Shown: one piece after another, positions 48,437 to 57,657 of the stretch
Layout of the letters: each line of letters begins with the position of its first letter
Position numbering within the stretch: position 1 is the stretch's first letter
From: a virus
Taxonomy: Duplodnaviria; Caudoviricetes
DNA length: 64,000 bases
IMG/VR virus record: IMGVR_UViG_2838948833_000001
Coordinates: 1 to 64,000 of that record
Strand: one strand, 5' to 3'
Program-made: the position numbers and the translations under genes
The notes under the pieces: generated by a model
Database searches by the model: none
What the model was told of the DNA's origin: nothing
What the model saw: only the letters and a program-made list of their open reading frames with translations

Positions 48437-50824
48437 TTATTCCTCAAGCCAGCCATTTGTTTCAAAATCAATAGGCGCTAGATTATTTTTTCGTTGATTG
48501 GCGATTTCGCTTTGTTGCGTTGCTTGTATTCTAGTTCGTTCATCTTTTTTAGATTCTTTGTAAGCTTCCAAACTTTCTTTTCCCTTAGCAGCAATTTGAG
48601 CTAAATACACTTCTTGTTGAAACTTTTCATCTTCTTTTGGTTTGTTAATCTGATTCAAAGCTTGTTGTTTCATTAAATCAATTTGAGCCATTTCAGAAGC
48701 GAACTGCAAATCGATTTGTTTTTTGAACTGATAAGCTTCTGTATCTGCTTGAACTTTTGCTTGAGCGGCCATTGCATCATTTTGAGATTTAACTTGAAGC
48801 ATACGCTCATTTTCTTCTGCTCTCATTTGCATATTCTTTCTTCTTCGGTAAGCCAAGTATTGTTTTGCTAGTTTAGGATTGGTCTTGAAAATATTCATAG
48901 CTTCTGATTTTTCTTCAACTGATATAGATCCTTCTTTTAAAGCTATGTTCATATCTTCTCTAAACTCTTGCATCGCTTCCATAGCTGGTACAATATTGAA
49001 AGTAAATCCGAACTCGTGAAGATGTCTATTTTTCAATACTGATAAGTGATCGTTGAAATGCTTTGATATTACATTGTCATACAACTTTCTAATACTTGAA
49101 GCTTCAGAGTAATTGTAAATAGATTGGATGCGTGTTGATATCAATTCGCTTAGTTTTAAACGGAATCTAACCCAAGTATCAACGATATCTTTTGTTGCGC
49201 GATTACCTGCCAACCTGTTCATCTCAGAAACACCAACTAGAGCATTTGCGTCAATGGATCCATCAACAGCCGGATTAATACCAGTATTTTCTCTGATCAA
49301 ATTGTAGTCATTTGCCCAACTATTTAATAAAGTTGTAATTTGATTGCCTTGCCCAGCTGGTTTTACGTTTACAGCCCCAGTGTCTTTAATCCCATATTCT
49401 CCAGCATCAATTCTCTTTCTAAGTACAATACTTTTAGTTTCGAATAAATCAAATGCTTCTTGCCAAGCGGCTCTTTTAGTCCCTCCTTCACTTGGCAAAT
49501 TAGCTAACGCATCTAAATCAATTTCGATTACATCCGATCTCAACTCATTTAATAATTGCTTAATTTTTAAAGCTGTAAGCTGCATTCCATCAGCAATAAC
49601 TTCTATCTCATCAGTAAACGCATATAGTACATTATTTCTAATATCTAAAGCGTGAGTTAAGAATGGAGACATCGCTTTGTTCATTACATCATCGTATAGA
49701 TTCTCACATTCTTTCCACTCATATAAGTAGTCTGAACCAATAACGTAATTCCCTTCAAACCAAGTGTCAAATGTTTTTTCTAAAACGCCTGTATCAATAT
49801 GGTCAGGAGCTATAAAATCATCATTACGCTTTGATAATTTTACAACTTCACCTTGTCTTTTTTTCTGTTTGTATTTGATGGTTTTTACCGTTTTCCAAGC
49901 GAAACGAAGTACGTCAACTTTATGGCCTTGCAACTTATCGTAGTTTTCTGCAGGAGTTAATCCTTGGCTCCAAGTATATCCGTATCCAAGTGCGATTTTT
50001 CTTGCTTGTTCAAGTCCTAATCCACTTTCACGAATCAAGTCTGAAACAGTTATTGTATCAACAACTCCCTCATAAAACTTATCATCGAAATTATTTTTCT
50101 TGACAAAGGAGTGCACGTAGTTTTCGGGGTCCACATAAGCTACTTTTACACCATCACTTTTATCAGTATAAACGCGAGTAACCATTATTCCGCAATTGAC
50201 TAAATCAGCACGGAGTTGAGCGTCCAATTCCAGCCAATCATTCGTTTTCAAAATCCAATCGATAAGGAGTTCTTCAGCAATCTCAATCTTTGGGCGATCT
50301 TTAATCGCGATAAACAATTCAAGCTCTTCTTCGTCTTCAGGGACGAATGAATTAGGCATTAGATTAATACCAAGCTCTTTTAAAGTATTGTTTAGCATTA
50401 ATTTACTCACCATACACTTACGGTAATTGTCCATCTTTTCCTCATTCATTTTGACTGTTATTTTATCAGTCGAACGAATATCAAGCGAATAATTTTCTGG
50501 ACTCATTCCGTTTATTACAATGTTGCAAAATTTACGTGCGATGTTGATATATCGGAAGTCAATATTCAAATACTTCAAGCTGTTTTTATTACTAGCAATA
50601 AGATTTTTAAATTGATTTACATCTTTCTCGCCACGGACAAACTTTCGCTTATTTATAATGTAATCTCGTCTAGTATTGAAAGCACAAGAACCGCTGCCTA
50701 TTACACCACCACCAAACCATTGGCTAGCTATAAATCGAGCGATATTAAGTCCGTACTCTTTATCTTTCTTTTGCTCAAATGGAACAAAAGGATCTATTGG
50801 TTTTAAATTGTTGTCTTGTTTCAT
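48437..50824 (-). CDS. Portal protein
   Basis: 795 aa after TerL; YLNIDF..INIARKFCNIVING, YVDPENYVHS, IRENTGIN. Confidence 0.85.
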   Translation of the reverse strand: MKQDNNLKPIDPFVPFEQKKDKEYGLNIARFIASQWFGGGVIGSGSCAFNTRRDYIINKRKFVRGEKDVNQFKNLIASNKNSLKYLNIDFRYINIARKFCNIVINGMSPENYSLDIRSTDKITVKMNEEKMDNYRKCMVSKLMLNNTLKELGINLMPNSFVPEDEEELELFIAIKDRPKIEIAEELLIDWILKTNDWLELDAQLRADLVNCGIMVTRVYTDKSDGVKVAYVDPENYVHSFVKKNNFDDKFYEGVVDTITVSDLIRESGLGLEQARKIALGYGYTWSQGLTPAENYDKLQGHKVDVLRFAWKTVKTIKYKQKKRQGEVVKLSKRNDDFIAPDHIDTGVLEKTFDTWFEGNYVIGSDYLYEWKECENLYDDVMNKAMSPFLTHALDIRNNVLYAFTDEIEVIADGMQLTALKIKQLLNELRSDVIEIDLDALANLPSEGGTKRAAWQEAFDLFETKSIVLRKRIDAGEYGIKDTGAVNVKPAGQGNQITTLLNSWANDYNLIRENTGINPAVDGSIDANALVGVSEMNRLAGNRATKDIVDTWVRFRLKLSELISTRIQSIYNYSEASSIRKLYDNVISKHFNDHLSVLKNRHLHEFGFTFNIVPAMEAMQEFREDMNIALKEGSISVEEKSEAMNIFKTNPKLAKQYLAYRRRKNMQMRAEENERMLQVKSQNDAMAAQAKVQADTEAYQFKKQIDLQFASEMAQIDLMKQQALNQINKPKEDEKFQQEVYLAQIAAKGKESLEAYKESKKDERTRIQATQQSEIANQRKNNLAPIDFETNGWLEE

Positions 50825-53046
50825 ATCGCTTTAGAAATGTATCCAGTGTTATCGTATGTTTGAAATGGGTTTATATCGAGTGGTTTTTCGGGCTCTTCTT
50901 CTTTTATTACTCTTCTATTTCCAATTATTGATAAAGAAGAAGAAATGTAGGCATCGAATCGAGTTCTGTTATCAGGATCGGTTTCTTTCCATTGTGTAAG
51001 AGTTCTATTAAACGGCATATTTCCCATTTCCCCTATAGGTCTGTTATTGGTTGTTCTGGCGACTCCGATACTATCCTCTATGTAAGATAGTATCACATAA
51101 AACTGGGTATCTCTTATTTTTGAACCTTGAGGGTTTACTCCTCCAAATTCCTTCTCTTGCTCGCTTAATTCTTTCCACAATTTTTTATGAGGGTCGTTTA
51201 AAATAAACCAGCGATATTTCCTTTCAACCAAATACCTAAGAAAGTTTTCATTAGCAGCTTCAGGAAGTATAGGAACTCCCCAATAAACCATAGCCATAAT
51301 AACATCCTCAAAAAACAATTCTACTTTCTTTGGCCGGAATAAATACTCCATTATAAAGGTATTGTTGGGGAAATATGGATTGTCTTTAGTATGTAAGTGC
51401 ATTGCGCCATCTGAACCTCTACCATCAACAGTTTTACTTCTATTGAATGGGTCAACTCCAATACATCCTAAATGCTCATTAGCCGGAGCAAAAGCGGAAA
51501 TACCATGTTTGCTTCTTTGTATTTTTTTATTTCTAATATCAGCAGGAGGATGACAACCGTTTAAAACCCAGAATCTACCATTTATAGGATCAGGAGTCCA
51601 AATAACTTCACCATCTTTTATTCCGTTTTTCCAGCTTAAATTACCTCGTTCAATAGCATCATTTCCATTTTCATTATCACCTAATTCTTCTTCATTATGT
51701 TCGATTTGTTCAGTAAGATGGACAACATTAAACGCGCAATCACTACTTTCATCTCGGAAAGCATCCGCAGGAGTATCAGGAAATTGACGTTTAAATTCAT
51801 ATTCTTTTTCAGGATCTCCTTTTAATGATTCTACTTCTTGCTTTAGAAAAGTATCAGCGCCAATTGAAACCTTTTTTCCAAGGTCGTTTGTGATTGGCTC
51901 TTTTGGATCTTCAACGATACTAAATCCGTACTCATCAAAGAAACCCTCTAAACAGTATTTAGCAGCAATGAATATTCGATACAGTCCTGACTTGGTTTGC
52001 CCGTTCTTGTTTCGGTTCGCTATATTGCTGTCATCCCAAATTTTCTTGAATCCTGCACCACCTTTTTTCATTGCGTTTACAGTAGAAACAACCATTGACT
52101 TACCAACGATATTACTACCTAAACGGTGGGCGGTTTTTACAATTTGCCAATATTCATCAAATGGTACTTCTTTAGGGTATTTTCCTGATTCATCCAGAAG
52201 TGAACGGAATATTTCCTCACCATCCATCGCGTTCATTTCGGTATTATGCCAGGAGATAGAAGTGTCAAGTCCTTGGCCTTCCTCTACTGTTTCGCCTTGT
52301 TTTCGCTTTTTGGTTTGCTCAGTAAATACAAGTTCAGTCTTTGGGGTATTGGTACCATCTGTTTCGGGTTTAAAGAAAGGAGGGTATCGTTTAAAGGCAC
52401 GAACTAAACGATTGAATATCTTTTTAGCATCATTACCTTTCTTTGATATCATTCCAAGAATTTTATTTTCATGGATAGAACCACTTTCAAGCATTTCGTT
52501 ATTACCTAGTGCAGAGGCTCCGAAACGTCTGTTCTTTACATACTGCATTCCATAGCAGCGTTCATCAGCTTTACAAGCTTCCCAAAAGATCATTAATTCA
52601 TTTTGGATGATACGAAGCTTTGGATAGTCTGACCCCTCACGGAACCATTGTAAGAAATGCCAATAGGTACCAGTCATATAAACTGGTTTACCATTTAAGT
52701 AAATCCAAATACCCTCATCACGATACTTGAATTGTCTTTCTACAAATTCAGAAAACTTTGCATCCCAGCAATTCTCAGCATTCATTCCTTTGGGCAATTC
52801 TTCTCTTACCCATTTTTGAAGCTTTTGAGGTTTATCGAAATTGATTATTTCTTTTTTATCGGGTATTTGAGGTAACCCAATTGGAATGCCGTAAACGTCA
52901 TATATTTCGCCTAGTGTACCATCTTTAGAGATAATGACGATATTTAAAATAGGGTTGTATCCGTATTCCCAAGACTTTGTTTTGTTCTTGGCAATTCGGA
53001 GTTTTTCATCAACTCTATCTTCAATCTTAGTACCTAAGTAATACAT
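50821..53046 (-). CDS. terL: Terminase large subunit
   Basis: YVKNRRFGAS Walker A, LLDESGK Walker B, RQFP, IGVDP nuclease motif. Confidence 0.92.
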   Translation of the reverse strand: MYYLGTKIEDRVDEKLRIAKNKTKSWEYGYNPILNIVIISKDGTLGEIYDVYGIPIGLPQIPDKKEIINFDKPQKLQKWVREELPKGMNAENCWDAKFSEFVERQFKYRDEGIWIYLNGKPVYMTGTYWHFLQWFREGSDYPKLRIIQNELMIFWEACKADERCYGMQYVKNRRFGASALGNNEMLESGSIHENKILGMISKKGNDAKKIFNRLVRAFKRYPPFFKPETDGTNTPKTELVFTEQTKKRKQGETVEEGQGLDTSISWHNTEMNAMDGEEIFRSLLDESGKYPKEVPFDEYWQIVKTAHRLGSNIVGKSMVVSTVNAMKKGGAGFKKIWDDSNIANRNKNGQTKSGLYRIFIAAKYCLEGFFDEYGFSIVEDPKEPITNDLGKKVSIGADTFLKQEVESLKGDPEKEYEFKRQFPDTPADAFRDESSDCAFNVVHLTEQIEHNEEELGDNENGNDAIERGNLSWKNGIKDGEVIWTPDPINGRFWVLNGCHPPADIRNKKIQRSKHGISAFAPANEHLGCIGVDPFNRSKTVDGRGSDGAMHLHTKDNPYFPNNTFIMEYLFRPKKVELFFEDVIMAMVYWGVPILPEAANENFLRYLVERKYRWFILNDPHKKLWKELSEQEKEFGGVNPQGSKIRDTQFYVILSYIEDSIGVARTTNNRPIGEMGNMPFNRTLTQWKETDPDNRTRFDAYISSSLSIIGNRRVIKEEEPEKPLDINPFQTYDNTGYISKAI

Positions 53047-53091
53047 TCCTATTTAAGTATTTAAACTTCAATAGGCTTTTTGTTTTGACAG

Positions 53092-53451
53092 TTATTTCTT
53101 AGTGTGTCTTTTTAAAGGGTTTTTATTGGCTGGTGAGGATTTTACTTCATCTTCATTTTCTACAACATCCCAAAACGTAGGATCGTGTAATTCTCTTTCT
53201 AATTCATTAATCTTCCCAAGTATTCCATCTGCTCTATCTAAAGCAGCATCTCGTACACCTAAGAAAGAATACAATTGTTGCTCTGCAGTTTTTATTATAT
53301 CGCCGTCTTTATCTGTAATATCAGAGAAAGTGGGAAGTGGTTTAGACACTGCATCAAAAGTATCATCTACTAATTTTTGATACTTCTCAATAAGTGTAGG
53401 AATTTCTTTTTTTCGTTTCTCTTGTAATTTTCCGTTATCCATATTATCCAA
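53092..53451 (-). CDS. Probable terminase small subunit
   Basis: 119-aa helical protein immediately upstream of terL. Confidence 0.5.
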   Translation of the reverse strand: MDNMDNGKLQEKRKKEIPTLIEKYQKLVDDTFDAVSKPLPTFSDITDKDGDIIKTAEQQLYSFLGVRDAALDRADGILGKINELERELHDPTFWDVVENEDEVKSSPANKNPLKRHTKK

Positions 53452-54037
53452 CTTTAGCTAAACAATCTTTCGTTCGAATCCAAGTATATTCTTTGCCATC
53501 AATATAAACATCAACTCCGTAGTAATCGTTGTAACGAATGGTGTCGCCTTTGATTACTTCATCCCTAAGCAAATCAGCATTTGGAATTTGCACAACGGCA
53601 ACTCCTTTGATTTCTTTCGGTCTGGCGATTTCAGTAATAATTAATCCTGATTTATTTTCTTCTCCTGAGTCCATAACCTTAGAAACAATTAGATTTTCTC
53701 CAAAACCAATCCATTCGCTTTGACTATCTTTTCTAACCGCAATTATCATATTTGCTTGAACTTTAAAAAATCCCTTGTGTCCTGAAATTTCATTGTTCGC
53801 TCCTTTACCATGATCATAAAGATTTTGAAAGTAAATAGTTGGATCAATAAAGGCCTGATAACCTACAATATCCTCGCCCTCATAATTAAGAGGCATTGCT
53901 TTAATTTCAACTTCGCGTTGTGCCAATCGCTTTTGAAGAAAACGATTATCTCCAAAAAGCTCTAAACCACTTTCTGTTTTGAAAGTTTCATTAAAAACAA
54001 CATCAGTATAAACAATAAAGTCATGTAGTGATTTCAT
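53444..54037 (-). CDS. Tandem GroES-like co-chaperonin
   Basis: Two mobile-loop-like motifs (KTESGLEL, ENKSGLII) and a C-terminal IDGKEYTWIRTKDCLA. Confidence 0.7.
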   Translation of the reverse strand: MKSLHDFIVYTDVVFNETFKTESGLELFGDNRFLQKRLAQREVEIKAMPLNYEGEDIVGYQAFIDPTIYFQNLYDHGKGANNEISGHKGFFKVQANMIIAVRKDSQSEWIGFGENLIVSKVMDSGEENKSGLIITEIARPKEIKGVAVVQIPNADLLRDEVIKGDTIRYNDYYGVDVYIDGKEYTWIRTKDCLAKVG

Positions 54038-54059
54038 AGATAAAAACTATTATGAATTG

Positions 54060-54114
54060 ATTCAAAGATAGAAAAAATTTATACAATTATTACACATTCG
54101 ATATGTAATGATTA
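54060..54114 (-). promoter_or_regulatory. Late promoter class B (GroES/terminase)
   Basis: Minus strand TATCTTTG in a block nearly identical to 62262-62316. Confidence 0.7.
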
Positions 54115-54546
54115 TATAAAAAATCTTTTTAAAGACTTCCTAAAGACATATACACCAACTGAAATAATTGCCAAGAGTATAATTATTGGCCACCAACTAA
54201 ATTGCTTTCGGTCAATATGTTTGTCTTTTTCTTGACTTTTGTCTTTTTCAGATTGGTCTATATCTGTTTCGGTCTGTTTTGATTTTTCTTCTAGAGTTTC
54301 CTTTTTCTGTTCTTTCTTTTCGGTAGAAGGATTGTAGATTTTCCTTTTTCCTGCTTCTTCAATGATAGAATCAGCTCGAAAGTTTTCAGTGTAGATGTAT
54401 TCGGAAAGGCTTTTTCGTTCGTTTTCAAGCTCTTTAATCTTTACAGAAAGATTAGTTTCAATATCATTAATACGCTTGTGTAAATCAACTTTACGCGATC
54501 CACAACCAATAACAATAAATGATAATAGGACGATTAAATACTTCAT
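54112..54546 (-). CDS. Putative unimolecular spanin
   Basis: Lipobox IVIGC at the N-terminus and C-terminal TM (WWPIIILLAIISVGVYVF); follows the endolysin. Confidence 0.7.
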   Translation of the reverse strand: MKYLIVLLSFIVIGCGSRKVDLHKRINDIETNLSVKIKELENERKSLSEYIYTENFRADSIIEEAGKRKIYNPSTEKKEQKKETLEEKSKQTETDIDQSEKDKSQEKDKHIDRKQFSWWPIIILLAIISVGVYVFRKSLKRFFI

Positions 54547-54548
54547 AA

Positions 54549-55091
54549 CTATTGATTTTTATCCCATTTAATTAACCAATTCGAAACTATTTCAACCAAA
54601 CAATCTTCATTTTCGTGAAATGCTTTCATGTCTCCAAGATTCGTTATAAATCCAAACTCAATCAGAACTGTAATTCCTCCTTTGGATAATATCCCGATTT
54701 TACCTCTTGCAGTTTGAGATTCTCTTCTAACACCTCTATTAGGGATCCCCATTGCTTTAGAACAGTTATCTACTAATTCTTGTGCAGCTATTAAGGTTTC
54801 AGAGCTTGCATTGTCATGAACAAATACTCCGCATCCTGAAGCTGTTGGCCCTGCTGCATCTAAATGCATATCAAGCAGAACATCTCCTTTTACAGGTCGG
54901 ATTCTAGATTGATATTGAGTATTAGTTTCGTGATTTTGGTCAGTAATATATTTGTGACCTAATAGTTCAAGTCTTTTGATAAGTTTATTTCTAAACCTAT
55001 CCATTTCTTTCATTTCAATAAATCCATTCGCGACTGCTCCTGGATCATTGTCGTGATGCCCAGCACTAGGGTAAGACATTTCGTTTGCCAT
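54549..55091 (-). CDS. Endolysin, N-acetylmuramoyl-L-alanine amidase (Amidase_3)
   Basis: SAGHHDNDPGA, E, DMHLDA, VLIEFGFITN. Confidence 0.92.
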   Translation of the reverse strand: MANEMSYPSAGHHDNDPGAVANGFIEMKEMDRFRNKLIKRLELLGHKYITDQNHETNTQYQSRIRPVKGDVLLDMHLDAAGPTASGCGVFVHDNASSETLIAAQELVDNCSKAMGIPNRGVRRESQTARGKIGILSKGGITVLIEFGFITNLGDMKAFHENEDCLVEIVSNWLIKWDKNQ

Positions 55092-55134
55092 TTCAATTCA
55101 GTTTAAGGTGAAAAGGCTTTTTGTATTTTGACAG

Positions 55135-55662
55135 TTATTCTTCTTTATTTTTACTATCGAAGAATGCTTTTAAATCACCATTCTTCTCGAAGTCATAAAG
55201 TTTTTTCATTATAAATTCAGGAGGATATTTTCCCCTACTTAAAATGTGGATGTTTTTTAAAACTTTAGATGTTGGATATAACAATGTTGTTATTTGAATT
55301 AACACCTTAAAAGCTTCTCCTACTAGATTATCTCCAGCTGTGTATCTTAGCATTTCCAACATTATATAGACTACAGATACTGCTAGTATCATGAAAGCAT
55401 TTCTAACTAAGAAATCCCACCAACTAAAGCTTTTATTTCTCAAATGAAATACTACACCAACCCCCATATTAACAGCTAATGCAATAATCATAAATTGACC
55501 AAACTGTTGATTTTCTGTAAACCACCAATTTATTTGACTTAAAATAAAGGCGACTGGGGCTAATCTAGTGATTATAGACAGATAGTATTCTAATCTATCC
55601 GACCATTTAACGCAGGGCTCTGACAGTAATGCAATTCTAGTAAGGATTTGTTGTAGGCTCAT
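55135..55662 (-). CDS. Holin
   Basis: Several TM helices; directly upstream of the endolysin. Confidence 0.75.
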   Translation of the reverse strand: MSLQQILTRIALLSEPCVKWSDRLEYYLSIITRLAPVAFILSQINWWFTENQQFGQFMIIALAVNMGVGVVFHLRNKSFSWWDFLVRNAFMILAVSVVYIMLEMLRYTAGDNLVGEAFKVLIQITTLLYPTSKVLKNIHILSRGKYPPEFIMKKLYDFEKNGDLKAFFDSKNKEE

Positions 55663-55955
55663 TACTCCATGTTTTGAAATTCTCCAGTCATTGGATTGAT
55701 ATTTACCCTTCCATATGTTTGTGTTAACTCATTGATCAGCTTTTGTCTTTCAAAAATAACTTCTGAATTGGAACCATCTAAAACACTTTTCGCTTGTTTA
55801 AGTTCAAACTCACGTTGATATAATTCAGCAGCTTGCTGATTAATTTGTTCAAACTTCTGATTCGATTCTTGAAGTTTTGCTAAATGCAAGGAAGAAATCT
55901 TGTTTACTTTTTCTTCAACTGATTGCTCTACTGGTGTTTGTTTTTCTTTGTTCAT
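55662..55955 (-). CDS. Small coiled-coil protein (fibre chaperone-like)
   Basis: Coiled coil ending ELTQTYGRVNINPMTGEF. Confidence 0.6.
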   Translation of the reverse strand: MNKEKQTPVEQSVEEKVNKISSLHLAKLQESNQKFEQINQQAAELYQREFELKQAKSVLDGSNSEVIFERQKLINELTQTYGRVNINPMTGEFQNME

Positions 55956-55963
55956 TTTATTAT

Positions 55964-56851
55964 TTAAATTAAAGGTTGTTTTCTGAAAATTCCTGACCTA
56001 GCTTCTCCAATGTAAATCTCCAATACTGGTAAATCGTCAATGTTCATTAGGCCATAATCAATTGTTATTTTGTTTTGTCTAAAAGCTTCAAATGATAGTT
56101 TTTGATCTGGTTGTATTAAGTTTTCAAAATATCGAATGCAGTTAGTGCCTGTAATACTTTGAATGTGAATTTTAGCAGGATATTCACCACTTAAAAATGT
56201 CTCGAAAAAATCAATAACCTCTTGACTATTTGTTGTTAGTGTTGAATTGTTCACACTATAATTCAAAGCATTTGCAAGGTCTTGGTGATTGATGTATTGC
56301 GTTCGTTCTAGGTTGAAAATATCTAGTTGGGCGAGGATATTAAAATTCAAAACTATATGTCCTATAGGTCCATAGTCTGTCGCTTCTGCATACATGTAAT
56401 AGAATCGCTGCCTTGTATCTTCTGTAAATAAAACACCGTCATCAGACCATAATAAATCAACGTATCCCAAACGTGTTTCATATTGCCCAGCTCCACCACC
56501 ATAACTAAACCCAATTTGGTTGTTTTCAAGATTTTCTCTTTTAATTACATCACCAACAATCAGGTTGAAATTAGGATGAGAAGCATAATCACTACTTCTA
56601 ACATTCATATTGTTTATTTCGGCAATTTTCAGGGCCTTAAATTCTCTCCCTTGATTTGGTTTATAAGGAGGGAAAGTGTCCGTAGTTACATCATTCAAAG
56701 TAAGGTTATACCCTTTAGAGACATCATTTACAATACTAGTTAATTGGTTATCGTGGCTAATATCCTTATCCGCCCAAGTGATAACATTGCTGCCGGTTCT
56801 TATACTTGAACTAGATGTATTTCTAACTGCTATCAATTTCAATTCTGCCAT
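55964..56851 (-). CDS. Virion accessory protein
   Basis: Start MAELKLIAVRN parallels MSELKIVATN of the upstream gene. Confidence 0.6.
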   Translation of the reverse strand: MAELKLIAVRNTSSSSIRTGSNVITWADKDISHDNQLTSIVNDVSKGYNLTLNDVTTDTFPPYKPNQGREFKALKIAEINNMNVRSSDYASHPNFNLIVGDVIKRENLENNQIGFSYGGGAGQYETRLGYVDLLWSDDGVLFTEDTRQRFYYMYAEATDYGPIGHIVLNFNILAQLDIFNLERTQYINHQDLANALNYSVNNSTLTTNSQEVIDFFETFLSGEYPAKIHIQSITGTNCIRYFENLIQPDQKLSFEAFRQNKITIDYGLMNIDDLPVLEIYIGEARSGIFRKQPLI

Positions 56852-56852
56852 A

Positions 56853-57647
56853 TTATAAACCTGAATATTGACCACTTCCGACATCAGCGACATCGAATGT
56901 GATAGTTGTTGCAATTCCTTCTGCTGTACCTGGAGGATAGAAAGCTTTTAATTCTCCTGTTTCTAAATTCGTTGCGAAAAACTCTTGATTATTTTGAATT
57001 CTAACTCCATTGTATGTAATGATAGCTGGACCTACAATGCGAGGTGTTATTACTTTCAATGGCGCATCACCTTCAGGATCTCCATAAGGTGGTGTTGTAT
57101 CCACAGTAAATACATTTATGTTTAAGGGGACGAGCATACCAATCGGGCATTCTATGGTGTTATTTCCGATTGAATTTGGTGGTAGATTTGTTCCTGATAC
57201 AACATCGATAAACAACTTGGCAGATTCGTTAATGTAATCTGAAGTAATATTTTCTACACTGTTAAATGCAGATGCTGTGTATTCTACGTAATCACTTCCA
57301 ATGGCATTACCTTTTACTTTGAAAAGGTTTCCATCTAAAGTGGTTTTGCTGATTTCTCCATTTTGCACTGAGTTACTCACATAACGAATAACTTGACCAT
57401 TATTGGTCAATGTTGCTATTGTTGCTGTACCAGATGGACGCAAAATGTTATCCACATTTATTCCTGGTCCAAGTACTTTAATTCCCGCAATAGGCCGACC
57501 AAATTCATGGCGATAACTTGGAGTAGAATTCGATAATTCTACTCTCGTTATATTGACTGTTTGCCCAACTACAACACGTATTCTAACGTCTCCAATTCGT
57601 TCAGGAGGTATATTCGAATTTGTTGCAACTATTTTAAGTTCTGACAT
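56853..57647 (-). CDS. Virion accessory protein, Ig/cadherin-like
   Basis: FTVDTTPPYGDPEGDA...FDVADVGSG. Confidence 0.6.
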   Translation of the reverse strand: MSELKIVATNSNIPPERIGDVRIRVVVGQTVNITRVELSNSTPSYRHEFGRPIAGIKVLGPGINVDNILRPSGTATIATLTNNGQVIRYVSNSVQNGEISKTTLDGNLFKVKGNAIGSDYVEYTASAFNSVENITSDYINESAKLFIDVVSGTNLPPNSIGNNTIECPIGMLVPLNINVFTVDTTPPYGDPEGDAPLKVITPRIVGPAIITYNGVRIQNNQEFFATNLETGELKAFYPPGTAEGIATTITFDVADVGSGQYSGL

Positions 57648-57657
57648 AATTTACCTT

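Noticed and set aside
51890-52555. Long antisense ORFs (for example 51890-52555 and 32401-32970)
   Set aside because: Shadows of well-supported genes on the opposite strand, with no motifs
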